From: Burkholderiales bacterium
GTDB taxonomy: Bacteria; Pseudomonadota; Gammaproteobacteria; Burkholderiales; SG8-39
DNA length: 64,000 bases
Direction: 5' to 3'
Assembly: GCA_049582045.1 (NCBI GenBank)
Contig: JBAUTD010000559.1
Span: 11,720-75,719 of the forward strand
The position numbers and the translations under genes are program-made. How positions within the stretch are numbered: the stretch's first letter is position 1; each line of letters begins with the position of its first letter. This document shows positions 12,667-28,354 of the stretch, in pieces. The notes beneath the pieces were generated by a model. It had not been told where the DNA came from. It did not search any database and worked only from the letters and a program-made list of their open reading frames with translations.

Positions 12667-12742
12667 GGTGGCCGTAGCTCAACGGTAGAGTCCTGGATTG
12701 TGATTCCAGTTGTTGTGGGTTCGAGTCCCATCGGCCACCCCA
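12667..12742 (+). tRNA. tRNA-His (anticodon GTG) with encoded G-1
   Basis: Hand-folded, 76 nt: extra 5' G (12667) opposite C73, acceptor GTGGCCG/CGGCCAC, anticodon stem CTGGA/TCCAG with loop TTGTGAT, T loop TTCGAGT, encoded CCA. Confidence 0.93.
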
Positions 12743-12744
12743 TT

Positions 12745-13680
12745 TCACCGCACGCTTTGTCCCTTTCGAGCAGGTCTTGAGGGAAGCTCGGCTGCGCTGA
12801 GAGGAACGAGTGCCTTGCGTTCGAGGACGAAGACGTGGTCCGCTCCGGCGCTGGTCTCGGGCCAAGCGAACGGAACTGCGGGATAGGCACGCTCGAGGGC
12901 CCGCCGATTGTGGCCGATCTCGCATACCAGAGAGCCGCCCGGCCGCAGATGCTCCGCAGCATGAGCGAGGATCTTGCTCACCAGCGCGAGCCCGTCTGCG
13001 CCGCCCGCAAGCGCGAGGGCGGGCTCGTGGCGGTATTCACGCGGCAGTACGCGCATCGACGCTGCGTTTACGTAGGGGGGATTGGATACGATCAGATCGT
13101 AGCTCCGGCCCTTCAGGCTCGAAAACAGGTCCGAGTGGACAAGTCGGATGCGGCGGCCGAGACGATAGCGCGCCACGTTGCGTCGGGCGACCGCAAGTGC
13201 GCCTAGCGAGACATCGGTCGCATCCACCTTGGCCTGGGGGAAGGTCTTGGCGAGCAAAACCGCAAGGCAGCCAGATCCGGTGCACATGTCGAGCGCGCAG
13301 CGAACCGGACTCCTTAGCCAGGGTTCGAACCGTTCGCGTGCGAGCTCGGCGATGAACGAGCGCGGGATGATGACTCGTCGATCGACATAGAAGCTGTACT
13401 CGCCAAGCCAGGCCTCGCGCGTAAGGTATGCGACCGGGATTTTCTCGCGTATTCGTCGCTCGACGAGTGTCAGAATCCGGCGTTGTTCGCCTGGTGCCAC
13501 GATCCGCTCAAGGTATGGGGTCAGGTCTTCCAGGGGCAAGTGCAGCGTGTGAAGAATCAGGTAGCCCGCGTCGTCGCGCGCGTTGTGCGTGCCGTGTCCG
13601 TAATGGAGGGACGCGCGCTCGAGGCGTGCAACGATATCGCGGAACAGCGTGCCTACCGTAGCAGCGCCGTGTGGCGGCAT
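12745..13680 (-). CDS. prmB: 50S ribosomal protein L3 glutamine N5-methyltransferase (PrmB/HemK family)
   Basis: SAM motif 'DMCTGSGCLA', catalytic 'NPPYV', and PrmB-type 'TREAWLGEYSFYVDRRVIIPRSFIAEL'. The stop lies 3 nt from the tRNA-His 3' end. Confidence 0.88.
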   Translation of the reverse strand: MPPHGAATVGTLFRDIVARLERASLHYGHGTHNARDDAGYLILHTLHLPLEDLTPYLERIVAPGEQRRILTLVERRIREKIPVAYLTREAWLGEYSFYVDRRVIIPRSFIAELARERFEPWLRSPVRCALDMCTGSGCLAVLLAKTFPQAKVDATDVSLGALAVARRNVARYRLGRRIRLVHSDLFSSLKGRSYDLIVSNPPYVNAASMRVLPREYRHEPALALAGGADGLALVSKILAHAAEHLRPGGSLVCEIGHNRRALERAYPAVPFAWPETSAGADHVFVLERKALVPLSAAELPSRPARKGQSVR

Positions 13681-13688
13681 GCCGGGCG

Positions 13689-16030
<2,342 letters not shown>

Positions 16031-16056
16031 GACTACCCCCCTGCAATTGCAACAGT

Positions 16057-16878
16057 CTAATCGCCCCGCAATAGCTCGTTCAGGCTTGTCTTCGCCCGCG
16101 TCTTCGCGTCGACCTTCTTGACGATGACTGCGCAATACAGCGCGCAACTTCGATCGCCGGACGGTAGTGTCCCGGGTACGACCACTGAACCGGAAGGCAC
16201 GCGCCCGTAAATGATTTCGCCACTCTCCCGATCGAAGATCCTGGTGCTCTGGCCAATGAATACCCCCATGGAGATCACGCTGTTTTCCTCGACGATCACG
16301 CCCTCAACGACTTCGGAGCGTGCCCCGATGAAGCAGTTGTCCTCGATGATGACCGGGTTCGCCTGTAGCGGCTCGAGTACCCCTCCGATGCCGACGCCCC
16401 CCGAAAGATGCACGTTCTTTCCGATCTGGGCACAAGAACCTACGGTGGCCCAGGTGTCGACCATCGTTCCCTCGTCGACGTAGGCACCGATGTTCACGTA
16501 GGAGGGCATTAGCACCACGTTGCGAGCGATATACGACCCGCGGCGCGCCATGGCCGGCGGGACGACCCGAAACCCGCCGCTGTTGAATCGCGCCGTATCG
16601 TAGTCGGCGAACTTGGATGGAACTTTGTCGAAATAGCGGGTCGCTCCGCCCTCCATCAGGCGGTTGTCGTCGATTCTGAACGACAGCAGCACGGCCTTCT
16701 TGATCCACTGGTGCGTGATCCAGCTGCCGGAGCTCTTGTCACACACCCTGAGCCGCCCTGCATCGAGCCCGTCGATGACGAATTCGACTGCATCGCGCAG
16801 CGCGCGTGATACGGACGATGGCCCAATTTTTGCGCGCTCTTCCCAGGCTTCGTCGATCGTCTTGCGTGCAGATTCCAT
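16057..16878 (-). CDS. dapD: 2,3,4,5-tetrahydropyridine-2,6-dicarboxylate N-succinyltransferase
   Basis: 273 aa with N-terminus '[11 protein letters not shown]' and a hexapeptide-repeat C-terminal half typical of DapD. Confidence 0.94.
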   Translation of the reverse strand: MESARKTIDEAWEERAKIGPSSVSRALRDAVEFVIDGLDAGRLRVCDKSSGSWITHQWIKKAVLLSFRIDDNRLMEGGATRYFDKVPSKFADYDTARFNSGGFRVVPPAMARRGSYIARNVVLMPSYVNIGAYVDEGTMVDTWATVGSCAQIGKNVHLSGGVGIGGVLEPLQANPVIIEDNCFIGARSEVVEGVIVEENSVISMGVFIGQSTRIFDRESGEIIYGRVPSGSVVVPGTLPSGDRSCALYCAVIVKKVDAKTRAKTSLNELLRGD

Positions 16879-16884
16879 GGTGAC

Positions 16885-18078
16885 TCAGAGTGTACGAGCG
16901 AATCGGTTGATGCGTCCCGCGGCCTCGACGCATTCGGCAAGTGGCGCGACCAGCGCCACGCGTACCCGGTTGCGTCCCGGGTTCCCGCCCTGCGCGTCGC
17001 GCGCAAGGAAGCTGCCTGGCAGAACGAGCACATTATATTCGTGCTGCAAGCGCCGTGCGAACTCGCGGTCATCGATCGGCGTGCGTATCCAGAGGTAAAA
17101 ACCTCCTTCTGGCATGTTGACCGAAAGCGGCACCCGGACCAGGGGAAGAACCGCGCGGAATTTCTCCGTATACAGGCGCCGGTTTTCCCGAACGTGAACT
17201 TCGTCACGCCATGCCGCGATGGACGCCTGCTGCACCGTCAAGCTCATCGCCGAGCCGTGGTACGTGCGGTAAAGAAGAAAATCGCGCAGTAGCTTGGGAT
17301 CGCCGGCGACGAAGCCTGAGCGCATCCCCGGGGCATTCGACCGCTTGGAAAGGCTCGAGAACACCACCAGCCTGGAATAGTCCTTGCGGCCAAGGCGATG
17401 CGAAGCTTCGAGTGCGCCGAGGGGCGGGTTGGCTTCGTCGAAGTACAGCTCGGAATAGCACTCGTCGGACGCGATCGCGAATCCGTGGCGCTCCGAAAGC
17501 TCGAAAAGCAGCTGCCACTCCTCCAACCTCATGACGCTTCCGCTTGGATTGGCAGGTGAGCAGGCGTAGACCAGCTGCACGCCACGCCACTCGGAATCGG
17601 GCAGCGTATCGTAGCGCACTCGGAAGCCGGATTCCTCTTGTGCATTGAGATACACCGGCGTGGCGCCGGCAAGGATCGCCGCGCCTTCGTAGATCTGGTA
17701 GAACGGGTTCGGGCAGACGACCTTTGCCCTGCCGCCGAGCGGGTCAACCATGGACTGCGCGAAGGCGAACAGCGCTTCGCGCGAGCCATTCACCGGCAAG
17801 ACCTCGGTGGCCGGGTCCACGGGGGGTAACGCGTAGCGTCGCGTGAGCCATTGCGCAATCGCCTCGCGCAGCGCCGGCGTCCCGGCCGTCGCCGGATAGG
17901 CCGCAAGTCCATCGAGCGCGCCAGTGAGCGCTTCTCGGATCAGCGCGGGGGTCGGGTGCTTGGGCTCGCCGATCGAGAGGTTGATCGGGCGCAATTTCGG
18001 GTTCGGGTCTACGCCATCGAGCAGCGCGCGCAGCTTCTCGAATGCGTATGGCTGTAGCGCAGCGAGACGAGGATTCAT
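16885..18078 (-). CDS. dapC: succinyldiaminopimelate transaminase
   Basis: '[20 protein letters not shown]', class I aminotransferase with PLP-Lys region '[16 protein letters not shown]'. ATG 18078 overlaps the queF stop (ATGA). The 679-aa track ORF was trimmed. Confidence 0.9.
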   Translation of the reverse strand: MNPRLAALQPYAFEKLRALLDGVDPNPKLRPINLSIGEPKHPTPALIREALTGALDGLAAYPATAGTPALREAIAQWLTRRYALPPVDPATEVLPVNGSREALFAFAQSMVDPLGGRAKVVCPNPFYQIYEGAAILAGATPVYLNAQEESGFRVRYDTLPDSEWRGVQLVYACSPANPSGSVMRLEEWQLLFELSERHGFAIASDECYSELYFDEANPPLGALEASHRLGRKDYSRLVVFSSLSKRSNAPGMRSGFVAGDPKLLRDFLLYRTYHGSAMSLTVQQASIAAWRDEVHVRENRRLYTEKFRAVLPLVRVPLSVNMPEGGFYLWIRTPIDDREFARRLQHEYNVLVLPGSFLARDAQGGNPGRNRVRVALVAPLAECVEAAGRINRFARTL

Positions 18079-18542
18079 CGCTGCGGCTCGGCGCCAGGCA
18101 AGGCGTCCAACTGAAGGGGTGGCGGAGGGCGCCAGCCGCGCTTGCGGTGCTCGGCGACGATTGTGGTGAATAGGCCGCCTCGCACGTTGAAGCGCGCACA
18201 CAGGCGCATGTAGCGAGGACGCAGCGCCTGCACCAGGTCGTCCAGCATCCGATTGGTTACCGCCTCGTGGAATGCGCCTTGATCGCGGAACGACCAGACG
18301 TAGAGTTTTAGCGATTTCAGCTCCACACACGCGCGGTCCGGAACGTAGTCCAGGGCCAATACGGCGAAGTCGGGCTGTCCCGTCATCGGGCAGAGGCAGG
18401 TGAATTCCGGAATCTCCACGTGGATGCGAAAATCGCGCCCTGGGGTCGGATTGGGGAACGTCCGTAGAGTCTTGCCAGAGAGGCGCGATACCATTTCTTG
18501 CCGACGGGGAATGGGCGAAAGCGTGCGCGAAAATGGTATCAT
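18075..18542 (-). CDS. queF: NADPH-dependent 7-cyano-7-deazaguanine (preQ0) reductase, unimodular type
   Basis: Catalytic Cys region '[14 protein letters not shown]' and QueF motif '[12 protein letters not shown]'. Confidence 0.92.
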   Translation of the reverse strand: MIPFSRTLSPIPRRQEMVSRLSGKTLRTFPNPTPGRDFRIHVEIPEFTCLCPMTGQPDFAVLALDYVPDRACVELKSLKLYVWSFRDQGAFHEAVTNRMLDDLVQALRPRYMRLCARFNVRGGLFTTIVAEHRKRGWRPPPPLQLDALPGAEPQR

Positions 18543-18613
18543 GCCGGACGTTTTTTCTGGCGCTCTTTCCTCGCGCGCCGCAACCTAATTCTTCTCGAAT
18601 TCGATAACGATAC

Positions 18614-21600
18614 GTGCGCCTCACGCAGATCAAGCTTTCCGGTTTCAAGTCGTTCGTCGACCCCACCTCCATCCACGTGCCGGGACAGCTGGTCGGCATC
18701 GTGGGCCCCAACGGCTGCGGCAAATCCAATGTGATAGACGCCGTGCGCTGGGTGCTCGGCGAATCGCGCGCTTCGGCATTGCGCGGCGACTCAATGCAGG
18801 ACGTCATCTTCAACGGGTCGGTGAACCGCAAGCCGCTGGCCAGAGCAAGCGTCGAACTGCTGTTCGACAATTCGCAGGGACGTGCCGCCGGACAATGGTC
18901 CCAGTACGCGGAGATATCGGTCAAGCGGGTGCTTCAGCGCGACGGCGAATCGTCCTACCACATCAACAACACCCACGTGCGGCGGCGCGACATCACGGAC
19001 ATGTTTCTCGGTACCGGTCTCGGGCCGCGGGCCTACGCGATCATTGAGCAGGGCATGATTTCGCGCGTGATCGAGGCGAAGCCAGAGGAGCTGCGCGTAT
19101 TCCTGGAAGAGGCGGCCGGGATCTCGAAGTACAAGGAACGCCGGCGCGAGACCGAGAACCGGCTCTCGGACACGAAGGAAAATCTGGCGCGCGTGACGGA
19201 CATCCGTATTGAGCTCGGCTCACAGATCGAGAAGCTGGAAGCGCAAGCCGAGGTGGCAGGTCGCTACAAGGAATTTCAGGCGGAGCTGCAGCTTAAGCAG
19301 CAGCTTCTGTGGTTCGTGCGACGGCGCGACGCCGCGGGCGAGCGCGAGAGACACTCCCGAGAAATGGCGAAGGCCAGCAACGAGCTGGAGGCCGAAACCG
19401 CAAAGCTGCGCGAGATCGAATCGAGCCTGGAGGCGGCCCGCGCGGCGCATTACAAGGTCGGCGACGAAATGAACGCTGCCCAGGCGGCACTGTATGGAGC
19501 CAATGCGGAGCTCGCGCGCAACGAGTCGGAGCTGCGCCACGTGGAGGAGACGCGACAACGGCTCGAAGGTCAGCACACGGAGCGGCGCATCCAGCTCGAC
19601 TCGTGGCGCGAGCAGCGCTCTCAGCTCACACAGGCGCTTCACATGTGGGCCGCCCGCTCCGAGACTGCAAAGCAGCGCGTGGTCGAAGCGCAGACGCGTC
19701 TGGCGCTTGAGAATGAAAAGCTGCCGCAGGCCGAGCAGTCCTTTCGCTCCTCGCAGGAACGTCTGAGCGAAGCACGCGGTCGCCTGATGCGGGCGGAGAG
19801 CAGCCTGCAGATCGAGCAATCGAACCTCGCTCATCTGGAGCGCAATATCCAGTCGCTCGACCAGCGGGGCGAGCGGCTGCGGGGCGAGCTTGAAACGCTG
19901 CTACGGCCCGACGCCGCCGAGCTGGCGGCCCTGGATGGGGTGATCATCAGCATCGACGCCTCCATTGCGGAAGCCGAACAAGGAATAGAAGCGCTCCAGG
20001 CCGATTGCACGCGCCTGGAGGCGGAGCAATCAGCGGCCCTGGAACGGGTGGCGCAAGCCTCGCGTGAGGCGACCGCGGCAGAAGCACAACTGGCGACGCT
20101 GCGGCAAATTCAGGCTGCGGCCGAAGACAACGCGCCGCTGCACGATTGGCTCGAATCGCACGCTCTCTCGGCCTTGCCGCGCTTATGGCAGAAGCTGCGT
20201 ATCGAGGCGGGATGGGAGACCGCGGTCGAAGCGGTACTGCGCGAGCGCCTGCATGCTTTTGAGCTGGCCGATCCCGCGCGGCTTGCGGCGCTGGCGTTGG
20301 ATCAGCCGCCAGTCAAGGCGAGTCTGTTTACGCCTGGGGCGGGCAACGCGCTTGAGGGTTTCTCCGGTCATCCCTCCCTCGCATCCAAGGTACACGCGAC
20401 GGACGCGGCGGTAGCAGGTGCGCTGGCGGACTGGCTATCCGGCATCTACGCCCTCGAGGGTGCCACGGATGCGCAGACACGCGAGCAGCTGCCGGTGGGA
20501 GCGGTGCTGGTGAACCGGGCAGGACACCAGTTCACCCGGAACACGCTGAGCTTCCACGCACCGGATCCGTCGGATGCGGGGTTGCTGGCCCGACAGGGCG
20601 AGATCGAGGCGCTGGAGGCGCGCTTCCAGGAGCTCGATTCCCGACTTGAGGAGGAACGGCGTGCGCTGGCCGGTATCGAAGCCGAATTGGCGGGGCGGCA
20701 GAGCGGGCTGGAGATCGCGCGCGACACGTTTGCTGGGCGTCAGACGGAACGGCATGACCGGCAGATCGAGCTGCTGAAGCTGAACCAGGCCCAGGAGCGC
20801 TACAGCGAGCGCAGTGCGCAGATCGGAGCGGAGCTGAGCGAGATCACGCGCGATGTCGACCAGAGCCGCGAACGCCTGGGACAATGCCAGGCTGCGGTTG
20901 AGCGCGTCGACGGGGAGATCCGTACAGCGCGTGAAGAACTGGAGGCGATCAAGACCGATCACTTCGCAGCCGAGGTTCGACTAACAGATCAACGACGGGA
21001 AATTCAACAAGCCGAACGTGCATCACAGGACGCTGTGTTCGGCGAGCGCGAATGTACCTCCAAGATCAGCGAGATCGACAACTCGGTGCGCGTCATCGAT
21101 CAGCAAATAGATAGCGCGGAGATTGAGATCGCGAAGCTGACCGAAGAGCTGGCGCAGGACCCGGTTCCGGCGGTGCGCGCCGCCCTCGAGGCCGCGGTGG
21201 AAACACGTATCGCTTGCGAGAGAACGTTGGCAGAAGCTCGCAATATGGTCGAGGCCGCCGCGGGTGTGCTGCGCGGGTACGAGGAGGAGCGACTGCAAGT
21301 CGATGGGCGAATCGCTCCGCTACGCGACAGAATAGGCGAGTTGCGTCTCAAGGAACAAGCAGCGCAGATCAATCACGACCAGTTCGAGCAGCAGCTGCGC
21401 GAGGTCGACGCGGACGAGGCGAGGCTGGAAACCGAAGCCGAGCGTGCGCCGCGTCCGTCGGCGCTGCAAGCCGAGCTGACGCGGTTGACGCAGGCGATCA
21501 ACGAGCTCGGAGCCGTCAATTTGGCGGCGCTGGAGGAACTGCACAGTAGCCGCGAGCGCAAGTCCTATCTGGATTCCCAGGCCGCCGATCTGGACGAGGC

Positions 21601-22129
21601 CCTCAATACACTGGAAGACGCGATCCGCCGCATCGACAAGGAGACACGCGAGCTGTTGCGCGAAACGTTTGAAAGCGTGAATCGTCATTTCGGATCGCTT
21701 TTCCCCGCGTTGTTTGGTGGCGGGGAGGCGAAGTTGATCATGACCGGCGAGGAGATTCTCGACGCGGGCGTCCAGGTCATGGCGCAGCCGCCCGGAAAGA
21801 GAAACAGCACGATTCATTTGCTGTCCGGCGGCGAAAAGGCGCTTACGGCGATCGCGCTGGTGTTCGCGATGTTCCAGCTCAACCCGGCGCCGTTCTGCCT
21901 CCTGGACGAGGTCGATGCTCCCCTAGACGACAGCAACACGGTGCGTTTCTGCGACCTCGTACGCAAGATGTCGAGCCAGACCCAGTTTCTGTTCATCAGC
22001 CACAACAAGCTGACGATGGAGCTTGCCGCGCAGCTAGTCGGCGTCACGATGCCCGAGTCCGGGGTCTCTCGCGTCGTCGCGGTTGATATCGACGAAGCCC
22101 TGCGCATGCGGGAGGAGCTCGCGGCCTGA
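18614..22129 (+). CDS. smc: chromosome segregation protein SMC
   Basis: 1171 aa from a GTG start: Walker A 'GPNGCGKSN', long coiled coils, signature 'LSGGEKALTA', Walker B 'FCLLDEVDAPLD'. Confidence 0.96.
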   Translation: MRLTQIKLSGFKSFVDPTSIHVPGQLVGIVGPNGCGKSNVIDAVRWVLGESRASALRGDSMQDVIFNGSVNRKPLARASVELLFDNSQGRAAGQWSQYAEISVKRVLQRDGESSYHINNTHVRRRDITDMFLGTGLGPRAYAIIEQGMISRVIEAKPEELRVFLEEAAGISKYKERRRETENRLSDTKENLARVTDIRIELGSQIEKLEAQAEVAGRYKEFQAELQLKQQLLWFVRRRDAAGERERHSREMAKASNELEAETAKLREIESSLEAARAAHYKVGDEMNAAQAALYGANAELARNESELRHVEETRQRLEGQHTERRIQLDSWREQRSQLTQALHMWAARSETAKQRVVEAQTRLALENEKLPQAEQSFRSSQERLSEARGRLMRAESSLQIEQSNLAHLERNIQSLDQRGERLRGELETLLRPDAAELAALDGVIISIDASIAEAEQGIEALQADCTRLEAEQSAALERVAQASREATAAEAQLATLRQIQAAAEDNAPLHDWLESHALSALPRLWQKLRIEAGWETAVEAVLRERLHAFELADPARLAALALDQPPVKASLFTPGAGNALEGFSGHPSLASKVHATDAAVAGALADWLSGIYALEGATDAQTREQLPVGAVLVNRAGHQFTRNTLSFHAPDPSDAGLLARQGEIEALEARFQELDSRLEEERRALAGIEAELAGRQSGLEIARDTFAGRQTERHDRQIELLKLNQAQERYSERSAQIGAELSEITRDVDQSRERLGQCQAAVERVDGEIRTAREELEAIKTDHFAAEVRLTDQRREIQQAERASQDAVFGERECTSKISEIDNSVRVIDQQIDSAEIEIAKLTEELAQDPVPAVRAALEAAVETRIACERTLAEARNMVEAAAGVLRGYEEERLQVDGRIAPLRDRIGELRLKEQAAQINHDQFEQQLREVDADEARLETEAERAPRPSALQAELTRLTQAINELGAVNLAALEELHSSRERKSYLDSQAADLDEALNTLEDAIRRIDKETRELLRETFESVNRHFGSLFPALFGGGEAKLIMTGEEILDAGVQVMAQPPGKRNSTIHLLSGGEKALTAIALVFAMFQLNPAPFCLLDEVDAPLDDSNTVRFCDLVRKMSSQTQFLFISHNKLTMELAAQLVGVTMPESGVSRVVAVDIDEALRMREELAA

Positions 22130-22168
22130 CGGCTACCGGCGCCCGTCCGCATCCTGCGGCCTGACCTC

Positions 22169-26093
<3,925 letters not shown>

Positions 26094-26160
26094 GGGCAAA
26101 CGGTTCGGCTATACTCATCAGGTTTAGCATTCGCTAATATACATGCATGAGGAGGGAAAT

Positions 26161-26529
26161 ATGGCCGACAAGCTTATGATCGTGATGGTGAACACCGACC
26201 CGCGGGACCCTGCCGAACTCGGTGCGCCGTTCTTTCAGGCGACCGTGGCAGCCGCCATGGAGTACGAGGTCGAGGTGGTGCTCACGGGACGCGCGGGCGA
26301 ACTCGCAGTCAAGGGCGTCGCAGAGAAGCTGCACGTCAAGGAAGGTTCGCCCAAGAGTGTTTACGATTTCATGAAGGACGCCCATGAAGCTGGCGTCAAG
26401 TTCAAAGTCTGCACCCCCACGCTTGAGTTGTGGGGCGAGGATCTCATTCCCGAGATCGAGGAAACGGTTGGCGGCGCGTACGTGATCTCGCAGGCGATGG
26501 ACGACGACGTGGTGACTTTCACCTACTGA
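26161..26529 (+). CDS. DsrE/DsrF-like family small protein (function unknown)
   Basis: 122 aa: 'KLMIVMVNTD...PFFQATVAAAMEYEVEVVLTGRAG', single Cys in 'KFKVCTPT'. Strong SD GAGGAGGG (26149-26156) precedes ATG 26161. Confidence 0.7.
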   Translation: MADKLMIVMVNTDPRDPAELGAPFFQATVAAAMEYEVEVVLTGRAGELAVKGVAEKLHVKEGSPKSVYDFMKDAHEAGVKFKVCTPTLELWGEDLIPEIEETVGGAYVISQAMDDDVVTFTY

Positions 26530-26531
26530 GA

Positions 26532-27080
26532 ATGCGCGATCCAGCGCAGGCTTGGGCCTTCCTCGAGGACTCCGACCGGATAGCGAGCGCCGACGATGTG
26601 CAGGCGGCCGTTCGTCGCGTCGCCGGAGAGGTCAACGGCAGCCTCTGCGAGGCTTACCCGCTTGTTCTGCTGGTGATGGCCGGGGCCGTGGTTTTCGCGG
26701 GACAGCTCTTACCGCTGCTTCATTTTCCGCTGGATCTGGACTATGTTCATGCCTCGCGCTATGGCGACAAGACAGCCGGGGGAACCCTTGAATGGCGTGT
26801 GGCGCCCCCTGTGGGCGTGCGAGGTCGCACTGTGCTGCTGCTGGACGACATCCTCGACGGCGGAACGACGCTGCTCGCGATTCGCGATCGGCTGCGCGAA
26901 GAGGGTGCGACGCGGGTGCTCAGTGCGGTACTGGTAGAGAAGGTGCTGGCTGGCGGCAGACCGATCGCGGCGGACTTCGTTGGACTTAGGATTCCCGACC
27001 GTTTCGTATTCGGCTGCGGGATGGACGCGAAGGGCTACTGGCGCAATCTTCCGGAGATCCGCGCCATGAAGAGGACCTGA
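26532..27080 (+). CDS. hpt: hypoxanthine(-guanine) phosphoribosyltransferase
   Basis: PRPP-binding motif 'VLLLDDILDGGTTL'. ATG 26532 lies 2 nt after the upstream stop. The track start at 26430 overlaps the DsrE-like gene and was rejected. Confidence 0.88.
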   Translation: MRDPAQAWAFLEDSDRIASADDVQAAVRRVAGEVNGSLCEAYPLVLLVMAGAVVFAGQLLPLLHFPLDLDYVHASRYGDKTAGGTLEWRVAPPVGVRGRTVLLLDDILDGGTTLLAIRDRLREEGATRVLSAVLVEKVLAGGRPIAADFVGLRIPDRFVFGCGMDAKGYWRNLPEIRAMKRT

Positions 27081-27817
27081 TGCTGGCGATTATCGGTGGC
27101 AGCGGCCTGTCACAGTTGGGAAACCTGAAGATAGAGCTGCGCAAGGTGGCCCGCACTCCGTACGGGGAGCCTTCGGGGCCGCTCACTTTCGGGCGCGTCG
27201 GCGGGCGCGACGTGGTTTTTCTCGCACGCCACGGCTACGGTCACACGGTCGCGCCGCACGAGGTCAATTACCGCGCGAATCTGTGGGCCTTGAAGGAAGA
27301 GGGAGTCGCGGGCGTCGTGTCGGTGGCATCCGTAGGCGGCATCCGCAAGGATCTGGGGCCCGGCGCGTTGGTACTTCCGGACCAGATCATCGACTACACC
27401 TGGGGCCGTGGATCGACCTTTTTCGAAGGAGCAGATGCGCCCGTGACGCACATCGACTTCACGGAGCCTTATTCGTCCTCCCTAAGGCAACGCATCCTTG
27501 ACGCCGCAAAGTCGTGCCGAGAGCCGGTGGCGGACGGAGCCGTGTATGCCGCGACGCAGGGTCCGCGCTTGGAGACGGCGGCGGAGATCAATCGCATGGA
27601 GCGCGACGGGGCTGACGTGGTGGGCATGACAGGCATGCCCGAAGCGGTGCTCGCGCGCGAACTCGGCCTGGAGTACGCGGCGATTGCGGTGGTCGCGAAC
27701 TACGCGGCAGGCCGCGGGGACAGTGCGCGGGGCGTTTCACTTGAGCGCATCGGCGCGGTACTTGACGAGGCAATGGGCCGCGTGCGCAAGATCATCGAGC
27801 ACTTGGCGGGCGGATGA
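27080..27817 (+). CDS. mtnP: S-methyl-5'-thioadenosine / S-methyl-5'-thioinosine phosphorylase (MtnP family)
   Basis: 245 aa: 'LAIIGGSGL', 'FLARHG.GH...[14 protein letters not shown]', '[15 protein letters not shown]'. The start shares 1 nt with the hpt stop (TGATG). Confidence 0.88.
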   Translation: MLAIIGGSGLSQLGNLKIELRKVARTPYGEPSGPLTFGRVGGRDVVFLARHGYGHTVAPHEVNYRANLWALKEEGVAGVVSVASVGGIRKDLGPGALVLPDQIIDYTWGRGSTFFEGADAPVTHIDFTEPYSSSLRQRILDAAKSCREPVADGAVYAATQGPRLETAAEINRMERDGADVVGMTGMPEAVLARELGLEYAAIAVVANYAAGRGDSARGVSLERIGAVLDEAMGRVRKIIEHLAGG

Positions 27818-28344
27818 TCCGCGAAGTGCTCAAGATGGGCAATCCGTCGCTACTGACGGTTGCGACTTCGGTGGAGCGCTTCGGTACGCCGGAGCTGGAT
27901 GCGCTGCTGACCGATATGCGAGAAACGATGGCGCACCTTGATGGCGCCGGGCTCGCGGCGCCCCAGATCGGCGTCGGTCTGCGCGTCGTGATATTCGGCG
28001 TGAAACGAAATCCGCGCTATCCCGGGGTGGAGGAGGTGCCCGATACGGTCCTGATAAACCCGATCATCGAACCCCTTGCCCCCGAGATGGAGGAAGGCTG
28101 GGAGGGATGTCTGTCGGTACCGGGCATGCGTGGCCTCGTACCGCGTTACGCCAGGCTTCGGTATTCAGGGCGCGATGAGCACGGCACGCCCATTCAGCGG
28201 GTGGCGGAAGGATTTCATGCGCGCGTTGTCCAGCATGAGTGCGATCACCTCGACGGAATTCTCTATCCGATGCGGATAAGGGATTTGAGAAACTTCGGAT
28301 TCATCGACGCCATATTCCCGGACGAAGAGCTGCCACCCGAGTAG
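27814..28344 (+). CDS. def: peptide deformylase
   Basis: Motifs '[10 protein letters not shown]', 'EGCLSVPG' and 'HECDHLDG'. There is a 4-nt overlap with mtnP. Confidence 0.95.
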   Translation: MIREVLKMGNPSLLTVATSVERFGTPELDALLTDMRETMAHLDGAGLAAPQIGVGLRVVIFGVKRNPRYPGVEEVPDTVLINPIIEPLAPEMEEGWEGCLSVPGMRGLVPRYARLRYSGRDEHGTPIQRVAEGFHARVVQHECDHLDGILYPMRIRDLRNFGFIDAIFPDEELPPE

Positions 28345-28354
28345 TTGACCCCGG

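Noticed and set aside
12411-12962. 183-aa minus-strand ORF across the tRNA cluster
   Set aside because: It overlaps three well-folding tRNA genes on the opposite strand and the 3' end of prmB in another frame.
16885-18924. 679-aa minus-strand ORF in the supplied track
   Set aside because: Only the last 397 aa (from ATG 18078) have DapC character. The upstream part runs out of frame across queF and antisense to the smc start, with Arg/Pro/Ala-rich low-complexity translation typical of high-GC artefacts.
26120-26150. AT-rich stretch TAGCATTCGCTAATATACATGCATGAGG considered as a XerCD dif site
   Set aside because: Compared with the dif consensus (GGTGCGCATAA-TGTATA-TTATGTTAAAT), only about 5 of 11 positions match in the left arm and essentially none in the right arm. 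It is more simply the promoter/RBS region of the DsrE-like operon.
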